From assembly GCA_002269645.1 (NCBI GenBank), contig NIVC01000087.1, forward strand, positions 868,001 through 932,000: a stretch of 64,000 bases of DNA. The letters run 5' to 3'. The stretch comes from Macrostomum lignano. Lineage: Eukaryota. The notes under the pieces are model-generated. The model was given only the letters and a program-made list of their open reading frames with translations. It was not told the origin of the DNA and did not search any database. Each line of letters begins with the position of its first letter. The stretch's first letter is position 1. This document shows, piece after piece, positions 1 to 12,030 of the stretch. Position numbers and translations under genes: made by a program.

Positions 1-559
1 TAGGACTAGGTTTAAGCTAGGCAATAAGGTCCAAAGTTCGAGTTTGTCTCCCCAGTAGCTAATTAAAAATAAATAAATTCATTAGTAGCTTCTGCCTCGA
101 CTATTTTGAACAGTTTTGATTAATTATAATTAAAATTTGTTATTAATTACAATAATTTATTTTTGCTATTCACACAAGCCACTAAGCAAATTTGATTTGA
201 TTTGTAAAATCCTAAGATCCCATTAATTGTTATTATCTAGGTCTATAGAAGTAGATATTACTAAACTGCAAGGGATTAAATTACTAAACTGCAGATGATG
301 CTGCTAAACTGCTGAGGTATTGCTAAATGCTGAGTGGTGCAAAAGATTGCCGATATGTATCAAAAATCGATTAGTGAGCCATAAAATGCTGAGCTAATTT
401 CTACATTGTTGAAAGGATCATTGCAGTAGACGATGCTACTAAACTGCTGAGGTATTGCTAAATGCTGAGTTGCGCAAGACTGCCAATATGTATCGAAAAT
501 TGATTAGTGCGCCGTTGTAAATGCTGAGCAAATTTTGAAATCATTGAAAAGATTGATCT

Positions 560-860
560 TGAGTGCTAATCTGGGCTGAGTGCTAATCTAGGCTGAGTGC
601 TAATCTGGGCTGAGTACTAATCTGGGCTGAGTGCTAATCTAGGCTGAGTGCTAATCTGGGCTGAGTGCTAATCTGGGCTGAGTGCTAATCTAGGCTGAGT
701 GCTAATCTGGGCGTAGTGCTAATCTGGGTGTAGTGCTAATCTGGGGGAAGTGGGGCTAATCTGGGGGTGTGCGGCTAATATGGGGGGAGTAGTGCTAATC
801 TGGGGGAAGTGGGGCTAATCTGGGGGTGTAGGGCTAATATGGGAGAATAGTGGTAATCTG
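560..860. repeat. Minisatellite, 17-bp unit (GAGTGCTAATCTGGGCT) drifting to 19-20-bp variants
   Basis: Direct tandem periodicity visible in the sequence. Confidence 0.9.
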
Positions 861-1360
861 GTGAGGATTTGAAAATAACAAATAATCATAAAAGAACTAT
901 AAATGAATTGACATTGCAAAGTTTCAAACATTCAGAAATGTAACTTTTTAGAACTTTTTAGTCTCAGTAAAATTGGTGTACAACTGCTTAGAGATTTGCT
1001 ACTGCAGAACTGCTCGGAGATTAGTGAGATTTGCTCAGCGACTGCAAAACTGCTTATAGACAAGCACTAAACTGCTAAGAAGCCACCCGGAGGGGGGCTA
1101 AATGGCTAGTATAGGATTGCTAAGATCACTACAATAAGACAATATATGTAGTTTATTAGTTAGAAAAACTTGTACTACATTTTTTGGCTTCCTAATAGGA
1201 AATGCTAATTGCTAATATAGTATACAAAGGCATAAATCTTGCATGTATGGATCATACTTAGGACTATAGCCTATAGGCTATAGGTTATAACATTTGTATA
1301 TATTTTGCAATATATTATATATAGTATACACTATATATTATATATATAAATTATAATATA

Positions 1361-1596
1361 CTGGGTTTTTTGGATATATTTTTTGGAATGGGTGCGAATA
1401 GCATCCTGGTCTTAAAAATTGCACCCTGAAATTTGACTCAGGGTGCAAAAAGTGCACCAGAATTTTTTGTAAGGATATGATACGGATTTCAAAATTTAGT
1501 GTTATGGACATGCAGCGCATCCTAGTCTTGAAAATTGCACCCTGAAATCTAGCACAGGGTGCGAAATTGCACCCAAGTTATAGACAAAAAACCCAG
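1361..1596. mobile_element. Possible MITE-like element: 12-bp terminal inverted repeats and two internal hairpin-bearing direct repeats
   Basis: CTGGGTTTTTTG (1361-1372) and CAAAAAACCCAG (1585-1596) are inverted. Internal ~57-bp direct repeats (~1401-1458, ~1517-1573) each contain TGCACCCTG-N10-CAGGGTGC. No clear TSD. Confidence 0.35.
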
Positions 1597-2840
1597 ATTA
1601 TATATAATATATATTTTATATTTGTATAGATAGGCCTAGTTTTAGCTTTTGGTTATAGTTTACCTAGAAGTATAGTATATTTCAAAAATGACAAATATGT
1701 TTTATTGCTTTTCAAAACATATCAATAGATACTATATACATGTATATATGTATATATATAGAGCAAATTTTCAATAAATCTTAGCAAATGATATACATGT
1801 ATATATATATAAATATAAATATCATATATAAATATCAATTGCCAGGATTTATTGAAAATTTATAACAAATAAATCATGCATTATATAACAAAATAGATTT
1901 TAAAAGTAAAAAAGTATAATAGATAAAGAATATAAGAATTTAGACAAAAAATTTAATAGTTATAAAATATTAACAACAACAATAACAACAAAATATATCT
2001 CTTCCTAGCCATAGAAAGGAGGAAGTATCAGAACATATGCCTTTAGGTTCCATTTCTTTAAAAGTCAACTTCCCTAGTAATAAGAGTCAGAATGGGAGCT
2101 TTCACATTCCTCAGAAGCAGCTCAGAGTAAAAAAAATTTTAGGCATTACTTCTTGAAATGTAAATGTTTTTAATATATTTATTTGACTAGTTGTAGAGTA
2201 ATTAAATAGGATATTAGAATTATATAATGTCTTTACAAATCACTTATTCTAGAGCATAATTATATTATAGATAGACCCTAGTCCCTAGTTAATATACTTA
2301 GCCACTTTATTTCATATTAAAGCCAACCAATTATAATAAATACAAAGAAATGCTATGATTAGTAAAAAAACAATTTATTAAGCGACAAAGTATAGTATTT
2401 GACTAAGCAGCAAAATAAGGCTTTAAAATTTAATTTTGATTAAATTCATTATTGAATTTAGATATTGTTTCATTTTTTCAATCCCCCTTTTAATTGCATG
2501 CTGTCCTTGAGTGCAGAGAGCCAGAGCAGATCTTTATCAGTCTTAGAATTTTCTTCAATCATACCAAAGACTAGTAGAAGAAGAACGATAACACAGATTT
2601 TAAAAACAATTTTAACCCAAGCAAACTCTTCAACAGCTGAGCATCACTCGGCCACTATGCCAGCCTGGCAACTGTGAAGTCAAATCAGCCTTTGACTTGG
2701 CGTTGCAGCACAAACTGAGCAAACAAAGCAGAGCTGACCCAACCCCACCCAGTTGGAGGCTGTCAAAGCAACCACTGGGCTTATTAGTAGCATATTGGGG
2801 TTTTTTTTTCTAGCCAGCAGTTCGGCTGAAGCTGCCTCAA

Positions 2841-5800
2841 ATGGACGAGGCGTCTAAGCGATTGTTCAGCCCAGCCGATCCGGAGACTCTGTTTACCGAT
2901 CTGTCAGAGATTGGCCATGGAAATTTTGGTGCTGTCTATCACGTGAGTTGCCGGGCTCTGCTGCACTGGCCATGAGGGTGAACCCCTAAGGCACAGAGGG
3001 GGTACATGCCTGACGATTAGACAGTCAAGGCCGCTGTACACCCTGTGTGAGCGTGTGTCTGAGTGCGCGCCTGAGTACCGTATGTGCTCAGCAGCCAGCA
3101 GAAATTTATGAAACTCCCTTTAAAAACAATTTCTAGGCAAAATACAAAAATAATGGAGAGGTGGTGGCCATCAAGAAGATGTCCTTTGCTGGCAAAAATC
3201 GCGACGAGGTAAGTCTTATAAAAGCTTTTTTGTCACTTTTATCCCATTCTCACCTTTATTAAGAATCTCCCCTGATACTTGATGAGAATCGCCTCTGATC
3301 GCCATTTTGGTATGAGGCTCAATGCGAATCGCCATTTCGGTATTGTACTCAATAAGAATCGCCATTTTGATACGATACTCAATGAGAATCGCCTCTTGAT
3401 ATGATACTCAATGAGAATCGCCTCTTGATATGATACTCAATAAGCATCGCCTCTTGATATGATACTCAATGAGAATCGCCTCTTGATATGATACTCAATA
3501 AGCATCGCCTCTTGATATGATACTCATTGAGAATCGCCATTTTGGTATGATACTCAATGAGAATCGCCATTTTGGTATGATACTCATTGAGAATCGCCAT
3601 TTTGGTATGATACTCATTGAGAATCGCCATTTTGGTATGATACTCATTGAGAATCGCCATTTTGGTATGATACTCAATGAGCATCGCCATTTTGGTATGA
3701 TACTCAATGAGAATCGCCTCTTGATATGATACTCAATGAGAATCGCAATTTCGGTATTGTATGAGAATGAGAATCGATTCTCAATGAGAATCGCCCCTCA
3801 ATATGGATCTCTGTAAAATTATCTTGAAGCGTTTCCCAGCTACAAAAAGTATGATTTTCAATCGCAGAAATTCGACGACATCAAGAAGGAAGTGCAGTTC
3901 ATCAGACAGCTCAGACACGAGAATTGCGTGCGATACATTTCCGCCCACCTGAATAACAACACGGCATGGGTAAGAGTGGGGCGCCATGTCTCTAACTTGT
4001 CTACTTTATCTCTGTATGAGTTTTTTTTTCAAAAAAATAGTGATTGTGTCTCTCCCTACATTTGATGCAGCTCGTGATGGAGTACTGCCTCGGCTCAGCA
4101 TCCGACATTATCGAAGTGCTTAAAGCGCCATTAAAAGAAGTCGAAATTGCTTCAATAATTCACGGCGCATTGCGAGGCCTGGCGTACCTGCACAGCATGA
4201 ATTTCATTCATCGCGATTTGAAAGCTGGCAACATACTGCTGACTGAGTCCGGCTGCATCAAGCTGGGGGACTTCGGCAGCGCCTCGCTTGCCTCCCCCGC
4301 CAACAGCTTCATTGGCACGCCTTACTGGATGTCGCCGGAGCTCATCACCGCCATGGAGGACGGCGTGTACGATGGCAAAACCGACATGTGGTCGCTTGGT
4401 AAGCCGCTAATGCTGCCATTGTGACTGAGCCACCAACCAAGTCCTCAGGCTAGGCCACCGCCAGCCTCCCAGATCCTCAGTTGCTGTGCCAGTTTCTGTG
4501 CCTCAGTTGCTGTACCATCCAGATCCTCAGTTGCTGTGTCAGCCTCCCAGATCCTCAGTTGCTAGACCAGCCTCCCAGATCCTCAGTTGCTAGACCAGCC
4601 TCCCAGATCCTCAGTTGCTGTGCCAACCCCAGATCCTCAGTTGCCGGGCCAACCCCAGATCCTCAGTTGCTGGACCAGCCTCCCAGATCCTCAGTTGCTA
4701 GACCAGCCTCCCAGATCCTCAGTTGCTGGGCCAGCCTCCCAGATCCTCAGTTGCCGGGCCAACCCCAGATCCTCAGTTGCTGGACCAGCCTCCCAGATCC
4801 TCAGTTGCTGTGCCAACCCCAGATCCTCAGTTGCCGGGCCAACCCAGATCCTCAGTTGCTGGACCAGCCTCTCAGAATCCTCAGTTGCTAGGCCAGTCCC
4901 CAGATTCTCAGTTGCTTGGCCAGCCTCCCAGATTCTCAGTTGCTTGGCCACCATCCCAGATCCTCAGTTGCTGTGCCAGCCTCCCAGATCCTCAGTTGCT
5001 GTGCCAACCCCAGATCCTCAGTTGCTGTGCCAACCCCAGATCCTCAGTTGCTGTGCCAACCCCAGATCCTCAGTTGCTGTGCCAACCCCAGATCCTCAGT
5101 TGCTGTGCCAACCCCAGATCCTCAGTTGCCGGGCCAACCCCAGAATCCTCAGTTGCTGTGTCAGCCCCAGCCTCATTTACTGTGTCAGCCTCTCAGATCA
5201 AGCATTGATAGCTTTAATCAAGCAGTTTATTAATTGAATAACAAACGATGCCCATTAACCCGCTAACCTATCAATCAGGCATCACGTCCCTCGAGCTGGC
5301 CGAGACGAAGCCGCCGCTGTTCCACATGAACGCCATGTCGGCTCTGTACCACATACCCCAGGACCCGCCGCCGCGCCTCCAGCAGCCGGACAGATGGAGC
5401 CGCGATTTTTGCCAATTCGTTGAACGCTGCCTACAGACTGCGCCGGCCGAACGCATGAGCTCGGAGGCCGGACTCGGACACCCGTTCATGACCCGGGACC
5501 GGCCGGCTAGCACAGTCTTGGACCTGATCGCCAGAAGCGTTCGCGCAGTTCAAAGCTCAAATACAGCGCAGAATTTTCGACGCGGCCGAAAAATTCTTAT
5601 CGGCGCCGGGGGTCCGGGCGGGCCGGAGATTGAATTGGACTCGGACAGCCTCGCCTCCGAGGACTTGCAACTGCAAGAGTCCGAGGAGAACGGCTCGCTT
5701 GGCTCGGCCAGCGCTGTCGCCGCTGTCGTTGCCGGATCTCCGGCCGGCGGCTCGCCAACTGCCACGCATCAGCGCGGCGCCTCCGGGGTCTCCACCGGCG

Positions 5801-8800
5801 CCGCAGCTGCCGCCGTCGCGGCGCCGCAGTCCGCCTATCAGCAGCCCGGTGGACAGCAGCAAGCGTCGCTTTATCACCCGCCGACGCCGTCCTCATCGGC
5901 GACCTCACTGCCGGCGATGGCCGCCGCGGCGTCTGCCTCGGCTAATCCGGCCGCCTCATCGCCGGCCTTGAGCACCCTGGCGGAGCAGCAGCAGCAGCAG
6001 CCCATTTCCACTGTGGGCGGAGTGTCGCCCTATCAGATTTCTCATCCGGGCGGGCCGCGCGGCCAACCGGCTTTCCCTACTATTAAGAGTAGTCATATTG
6101 TGCACAGGGAGCGGCGAGAGCATCTGCAGGACGCTACAGCTCGGGAGCAGGTCAGTAGATTGATTGAGTGCCGCTTCTCTGATACATAAGCTCCAGTCTG
6201 TGATTTTTCCATAAATTTCTATAATTTCCATTTCTTGGGCGCAGCGCCAAGAAAGGATTTACCGCAGACAATCTTAGCGGACATGTGTTATTAAGTGTTA
6301 AATTATATTGCGTCAATAGCTGCAGTTCGAGGTTGCAATCGCTTCCGTGATATATGAAAGTTGAGACTTCGTTACCGTGACAAGAATCGCTAGAGTTATT
6401 AGTGAAACAACTCACATTGAGTCTAGCGACTCTTGTGACTTTTGAGTCGCGAGCGCATCACGTGAGTTGCGCAAATGGTCGTCCAAGAGTCGCCCAAGAA
6501 TCGCTTTCAAGCGTAGTATTATTGCCTGCGAGTGAATCTGAGCCGCTTCTTGGCCTGGGTACCGTTTTCATAGGGCTGATTTACATACAGTAGTAACGGC
6601 GGAGTCTAGATCAGCAGAATATATTTGCCTGGCAACAAGCGCTTGACTCCCCATACCTGCCCTAACAGATGAGCAACTACAAGCAGCTGCGCCGGAAGCA
6701 TCAGAAAATTGTTAAACAACGCGAGGCCGCCAATCGTGCCGAGGAGAATTCCATCAAGCAGCAGTTGGATCGGGTGTACACCTCCCAGCGCGACGGCTTC
6801 CAGAAGGCCTTGGACAAACTGGCCGAACAGACCGGACAGAGTCGGGACCGCCTGTCTAAGGAGCTGGCCTCAGAGGAAGAAAAACTCAGGCGAACGTTGG
6901 AGTCGGAATTGAAGGCCCGGATGAAGGCGCTACGCAAAGAGTTGGACAAAGACCAGCGGTTGAGCAAGCCCGACCGGCTGGCTCAGAGCGACTCCACCGA
7001 GAAGAAAGATCTGTACGATCTGGAAACTCAGATGAGGGCCTGCAAGAGGCGCGGCCTGCTCACTATGCTGCAGTTTGAGCGTGAGGCCGCTGAGCACGAT
7101 ATAGCCCTGCGATCTCAGCAGAAGGACATGCAGAATGCTCTGCTGATGGAGCATCACGAGAGAATTAAAAAGATGGAAGAGGAACAGCTGTCTGCTTTGC
7201 ACAGGCTCAAGATCGACCAAATGAGGGAGCAGCAGTGAGTTGCAGTCTACGGGAATTTGCAGTATTGCCGCCTTTCCATCCTGCCAGTTTTATCCCCTTC
7301 CCATCCTGCCAGTTTTATCCCCTTCCCATCCTGCCAGTTTTATCCCCTTCCCATCCTGCCAGTTTTATCCCCTTCCCATCCTGCCAGTTTTATCCCCTTC
7401 CCATCCTGCCAGTTTCATCCCCTTCCCATCCTGCCAGTTTTATCCCCTTTCCATCCTGCCAGTTTTATCCCCTTTCCATCCTGCCAGTTTTATCCCCTTT
7501 CCATCCTGCCAGTTTTATCCCCTTCCCATCCTGCCAGTTTTATCCCATTCCCATCCTGCCAGTTTTATCCCCTTCCCATCCTGCCTGTTTTATCCCCTTC
7601 CCATCCTGCCAGTTTTATCCCCTTCCCATCCTGCCAGTTTTATCCCATTCCCATCCTGCCAGTTTTATCCCCTTCCCATCCTGCCAGTTTTATCCCCTTC
7701 CCATCCTGCCAGTTTTATCCCCTTCCCATCCTGCCAGTTTTATCCCCTTTCCATCCTGCCAGTTTTATCCCCTTCCCATCCTGCCAGTTTTATCCCCTTC
7801 CCATCCTGCCAGTTTTATCCCCTTCCCATCCTGCCAGTTTAATCCCCTTCCCATCCTGCCAGTTTTATCCCCTTCCCATCCTGCCAGTTTTATCCCCTTC
7901 CCATCCTGCCAGTTTTATCCCATTCCCATCCTGCCAGTTTTATCCCCTTCCCATCCTGCCAGTTTTATCCCCTTCCCATCCTGCCAGTTTTATCCCCTTC
8001 CCATCCTGCCAGTTTTATCCCCTTCCCATCCTGCCAGTTTTATCCCCTTCCCATCCTGCCAGTTTTATCCCCTTCCCATCCTGCCAGTTTTATCCCCTTC
8101 CCATCCTGCCAGTTTTATCCCCTTCCCATCCTGCCAGTTTTATCCCCTTCCCATCCTGCCAGTTTTATCCCCTTCCCATCCTGCCAGTTTTATCCCCTTC
8201 CCATCCTGCCAGTTTTATCCCCTTCCCATCCTGCCAGTTTTATCCCCTTCCCATCCTGCCAGTTTAATCCCCTTCCCATCCTGCCAGTTTTCCCCTTCCC
8301 ATCCTGCCAGTTTTATCCCCTTTCCATCCTGCCAGTTTTATCCCCTTCCCATCCTGCCAGTTTATCCCTTTCTTATCCTGTCAAACTCGGCTAGTTATTA
8401 ATGAATACAAATCCGTACTTTTCCATTCCCTCAGCAACATGGAGAGAACCAATCAGGACGAGTTCTTCCGCAAGCAGACAGACGACTTGAACAGGCGGCA
8501 ACAGGTGGAAAGCAAGAATCTGCCAAAGAATTTGAAGCTTCGCATTCAAAGCGTTCGCAAGCAGTACACGGACACGGTGAAGATTCAGGAGTCTCAATTC
8601 AAGTACCTGGAGAAGCAGGTGTCCCAGTCGCAGCGGCCGAAAGATGAACAACGCGAGGAGTTGCGCAGAATTCGTACAGACAAGGAGACCAAGCTGACCT
8701 CGCTGCAGGAGCAATACAATTGGTCTATCATTGACCTCAAGCAGAAGGTCACGGACAACACCAAGACTAACCATCAGCAGGAGCTGGTAGAGTGCAAGCG

Positions 8801-10506
8801 CAGGCAAGAAGAAGAGAAAGAGCTTCTAGCCGCCTATCAGAGCAAAGTGCAGATGTCGCTGCTGCAGGCTCAGGAGAAGGAGCGCCAGCTACTGCAGATC
8901 AAAATTGAGACCAGATACGCCTGTCTGAACCGATCCGTGAGTGCTGCTGTGCTTACTGACTTAAGCGTGTTTTTAAGGTCTGGCTCAGCCGTAACATGCC
9001 ACAGGCCACGTTTTAAACTAATTTAGTGCCATAACACCGATTTTAGGCTAATTTAGTGCCTCAGCACCGATTTTAGGCTAATTTAGTGCCTCAGCACCGA
9101 TTTTAGGCTAATTTAGTGCCACAGGACAGATTTTAGGCTAATTTAGTGCCACAGGACAGATTTTAGGCTAATTTAGTGCCTCAGCACCGATTTTAGGCTA
9201 ATTTAGTGCCACAGGACAGATTTTAGGCTAATTTAGTGGCACAGGACAGGTTTTAGGCTAATTTAGTGGCACAGGACAGGTTTTAGGCTAATTTAGTGCC
9301 ACAGGACAGGTTTTAGGCTAATTTAGTGGCACAGGACAGATTTTAGGCTAATTTAGTGCCACAGGACAGATTTTAGGCTAATTTAGTGCCTCAGCACCGA
9401 TTTTAGGCTAATTTAGTGCCACAGGACAGATTTTAGGCTAATTTAGTGCCACAGGACAGATTTTAGGCTAATTTAGTGGCACAGGACAGGTTTTAGGCTA
9501 ATTTAGTGCCACAGGACAGGTTTTAGGCTAATTTAGTGGCACAGGACAGGTTTTAGGCTAATTTAGTGCCACAGGACAGGTTTTAGGCTAATTTAGTGGC
9601 ACAGGACAGATTTTAGGCTAATTTAGTGCCACAGGACAGATTTTAGGCTAATTTAGTGCCACAGGACAGATTTTAGGCTAATTTAGTGGCACAGGACAGG
9701 TTTTAGGCTAATTTAGTGCCACAGGACAGGTTTTAGGCTAATTTAGTGGCACAGGACAGATTTTAGGCTAATTTAGTGGCACAGGACAGATTTTAGGCTA
9801 ATTTAGTGCCACAGGACAGGTTTTAGGCTAATCTAGTGGCACAGGACAGATTTTAGGCTAATTTAGTGCCACAGGACAGGTTTTAGGCTAATTTAGTGCC
9901 TCAGCACCGATTTTAGGCTAATTTAGTGCCACAGGACAGATTTTAGGCTAATTTAGTGCCACAGGACAGGTTTTAGGCTAATCTAGTGGCACAGGACAGG
10001 TTTTAGGCTAATCTAGTGGCACAGGACAGATTTTAGGCTAATTTAGTGCCACAGGACAGGTTTTAGGCTAATTTAGTGGCACACGAGGGATTTTAGGCTA
10101 ATTTAGTGCCATAGGAGGGAGTTTAGGCTAATTTAGTGGCACAGGACAGGTTTTAGGCTAATTTAGTGGCCGCTCCATCTCCGCATCCGCACAGATTGAC
10201 GAAGGCGACCAGGAGCACAAGAAGCGAGTGGAAGCCATCCGTCAGCAAGTCGAAGACGCCAACAGGCAGAGGCTGGCCAACTTCGATCGGGAGACGCAGA
10301 GCCTGTCGGACGCTGGCTTACTAAACGCTGCCCAGGTGCTGTCGCAGAGTTCGCAGGCCGCAGCCGCTACCGCAGCCGCCGCCGCCGCTGCCGCCACGCC
10401 GGTGATGCGCCGGCCGCAATCGGAGCACGGCCCGGCTGCCCGGCTAGCTAGCAACCTGTTCCGCCGCAGTAGGGTGTTCCAGCCTAATCCGGCCGAGTCC
10501 TTCTGA
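2841..10506 (+). CDS. TAOK: TAO (thousand-and-one amino acid) STE20-family Ser/Thr kinase, 8 coding exons
   Basis: Exons 2841-2942, 3137-3208, 3868-3969, 4071-4398, 5279-6150, 6669-7234, 8435-8936, 10195-10506, all GT-AG with consistent phases. Motifs [46 protein letters not shown] and [16 protein letters not shown], plus the TAO coiled-coil [13 protein letters not shown]. An upstream coding exon cannot be excluded (acceptor at 2813, in frame). Confidence 0.95.
3270..3800. repeat. Intronic minisatellite, 30-bp unit (TGATACTCAATGAGAATCGCCATTTTGGTA), TAO intron 2
   Basis: 30-bp periodicity inside intron 3209-3867. Confidence 0.92.
4460..5200. repeat. Intronic minisatellite, 26-28-bp unit (CCCAGATCCTCAGTTGCT...), TAO intron 4
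   Basis: Tandem periodicity inside intron 4399-5278. Confidence 0.92.
7270..8370. repeat. Intronic minisatellite, 25-bp unit (CCATCCTGCCAGTTTTATCCCCTTC), ~44 copies, TAO intron 6
   Basis: Near-perfect 25-bp periodicity inside intron 7235-8434. Confidence 0.95.
9010..10170. repeat. Intronic minisatellite, 30-bp unit (TTTTAGGCTAATTTAGTGCCACAGGACAGA), ~39 copies, TAO intron 7
   Basis: 30-bp periodicity inside intron 8937-10194. Confidence 0.95.
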
Positions 10507-11459
10507 TCTTTGAGCAGTGCCCCGTCTCCTTCTCTGCGCCCGACACCCACCTGGACCCGCAATTATGTCCCCCCCCCCTACAAGCGCGCAAGGACTTTGG
10601 GACATTTTTAACTATAACTAAATACTAGTTAGCATATTTTATTAAAAATCTGCGGTATCAGCTAACTAATCTTTGAAAGTTGACTGTAAATGTTTTTAAT
10701 TCTAGCTGGAGCCTTAAGCTGTCGAGAAATCCCCATTTGATCCCCTGGTGCCTGTTACACTTGTAGAATACTGTGCGGTTTCTACATGTAAATTAGATAG
10801 AGCTATAAAAATATTCTTATTATAATAATGATTTAATTCTACTCTACTTACAGTAGAAACAGCAAAATCTTTAGTGTAAAAATAGAATAAAAATCAAGTT
10901 TTGTAAGTTAATTTACTTATAGTAGAAACTTTAGGAAAATACAATAAAATCTACGGTGCAACTGTGTAATAGAAAACCTGTTTTCTAATTAGTCCCAACA
11001 CAATAATAGTCAGCTTATTAAAGTCGTTTCTAATTAAATAACCAGATAATTAATTGCCAGTAAAAAGTCTCAAACGCACCCGCTCCTTTGTTAGTTCTCC
11101 TGACTGTTCCCCTTCCCCAATCTTGCGATTCGCTCATCAACTCCGCCGTGCTTCTTGCGTTGTCATGCATTATCAAAATTGTCTGTATTATGTAATTGTA
11201 GTAGTTATTTAAAAGAGCTCCTTCTTTACTTTGATTCCTGTATTTTTTAACCTTTAACATTTGAAACTTTTCGCTTGAACTCTCCTAGTTTGGGTCTCGA
11301 TTCGATCGTTTTTGACTCGTACAGTTCAGTCCAGTTGTACCTGTTGTTAATTATAAAAGCGCACCGAGAGTAAACTTTTTCTATTGAGATTATAGAGAAT
11401 TCCTTGTTGCTATGCTGTTGCCTCATGGGGAATTCCCTGTTGCTAAGGTAGTTTCGTCT

Positions 11460-12030
11460 ATTGAGGAAACTCCCTGTTGTTATGGCCGTCTTATCTATGG
11501 GTAATCCCTGTTGCTATGGCCGTCTTATCTATGGGTAATCCCTGTTGCTATGGAGTTCGCATCTATGGGTAATCCCTGTTGCTATGGGGGTCACATCTAT
11601 GGGTAATCCCTGTCGCTATGGGGTCGCATCTATGGGTAATCCCCGTTGTTATGGCCGTCTTATCTATGGGTAATCCCTGTTGCTATGGCCGTCTTATCTA
11701 TGGGTAATCCCTGTTGCTATGGGGGTCGCATCTATGGGTAATCCCTGTCGCTATGGGGGTCGCATCTATGGGTAATCCCTGTCGCTATGGGGGTCGCATC
11801 TATGGGTAATCCCTGTCGCTATGGGGGTCGCATCTATGGGTAATCCCTGTCGCTATGGGGGTCGCATCTATGGGTAATCCCTGTTGCTATGGGGGTCGCA
11901 TCTATGGGTAATCCCTGTCGCTATGGGGTCGCATCTATGGGTAATCCCTGTTGCTATGGGGGTCGCATCTATGGGTAATCCCTGTTGCTATCGGGTTAAT
12001 ATCTATGGAAATTCTCTGTCGCTATAGGGG
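11460..12030. repeat. Minisatellite, 33-34-bp unit (CTATGGGTAATCCCTGTTGCTATGGGGGTCGCAT)
   Basis: Tandem periodicity downstream of TAO. Confidence 0.92.

Noticed and set aside
5271-6231. Antisense and alternate-frame ORFs over TAO exon 5, CPEB, SAM50 and pol
   Set aside because: Shadow ORFs of GC-rich coding sequence with no independent motifs.
9010-10170. CRISPR-like appearance of regular 25-50-bp repeats
   Set aside because: Units are head-to-tail with no unique spacers, there are no cas genes, and the context is eukaryotic.
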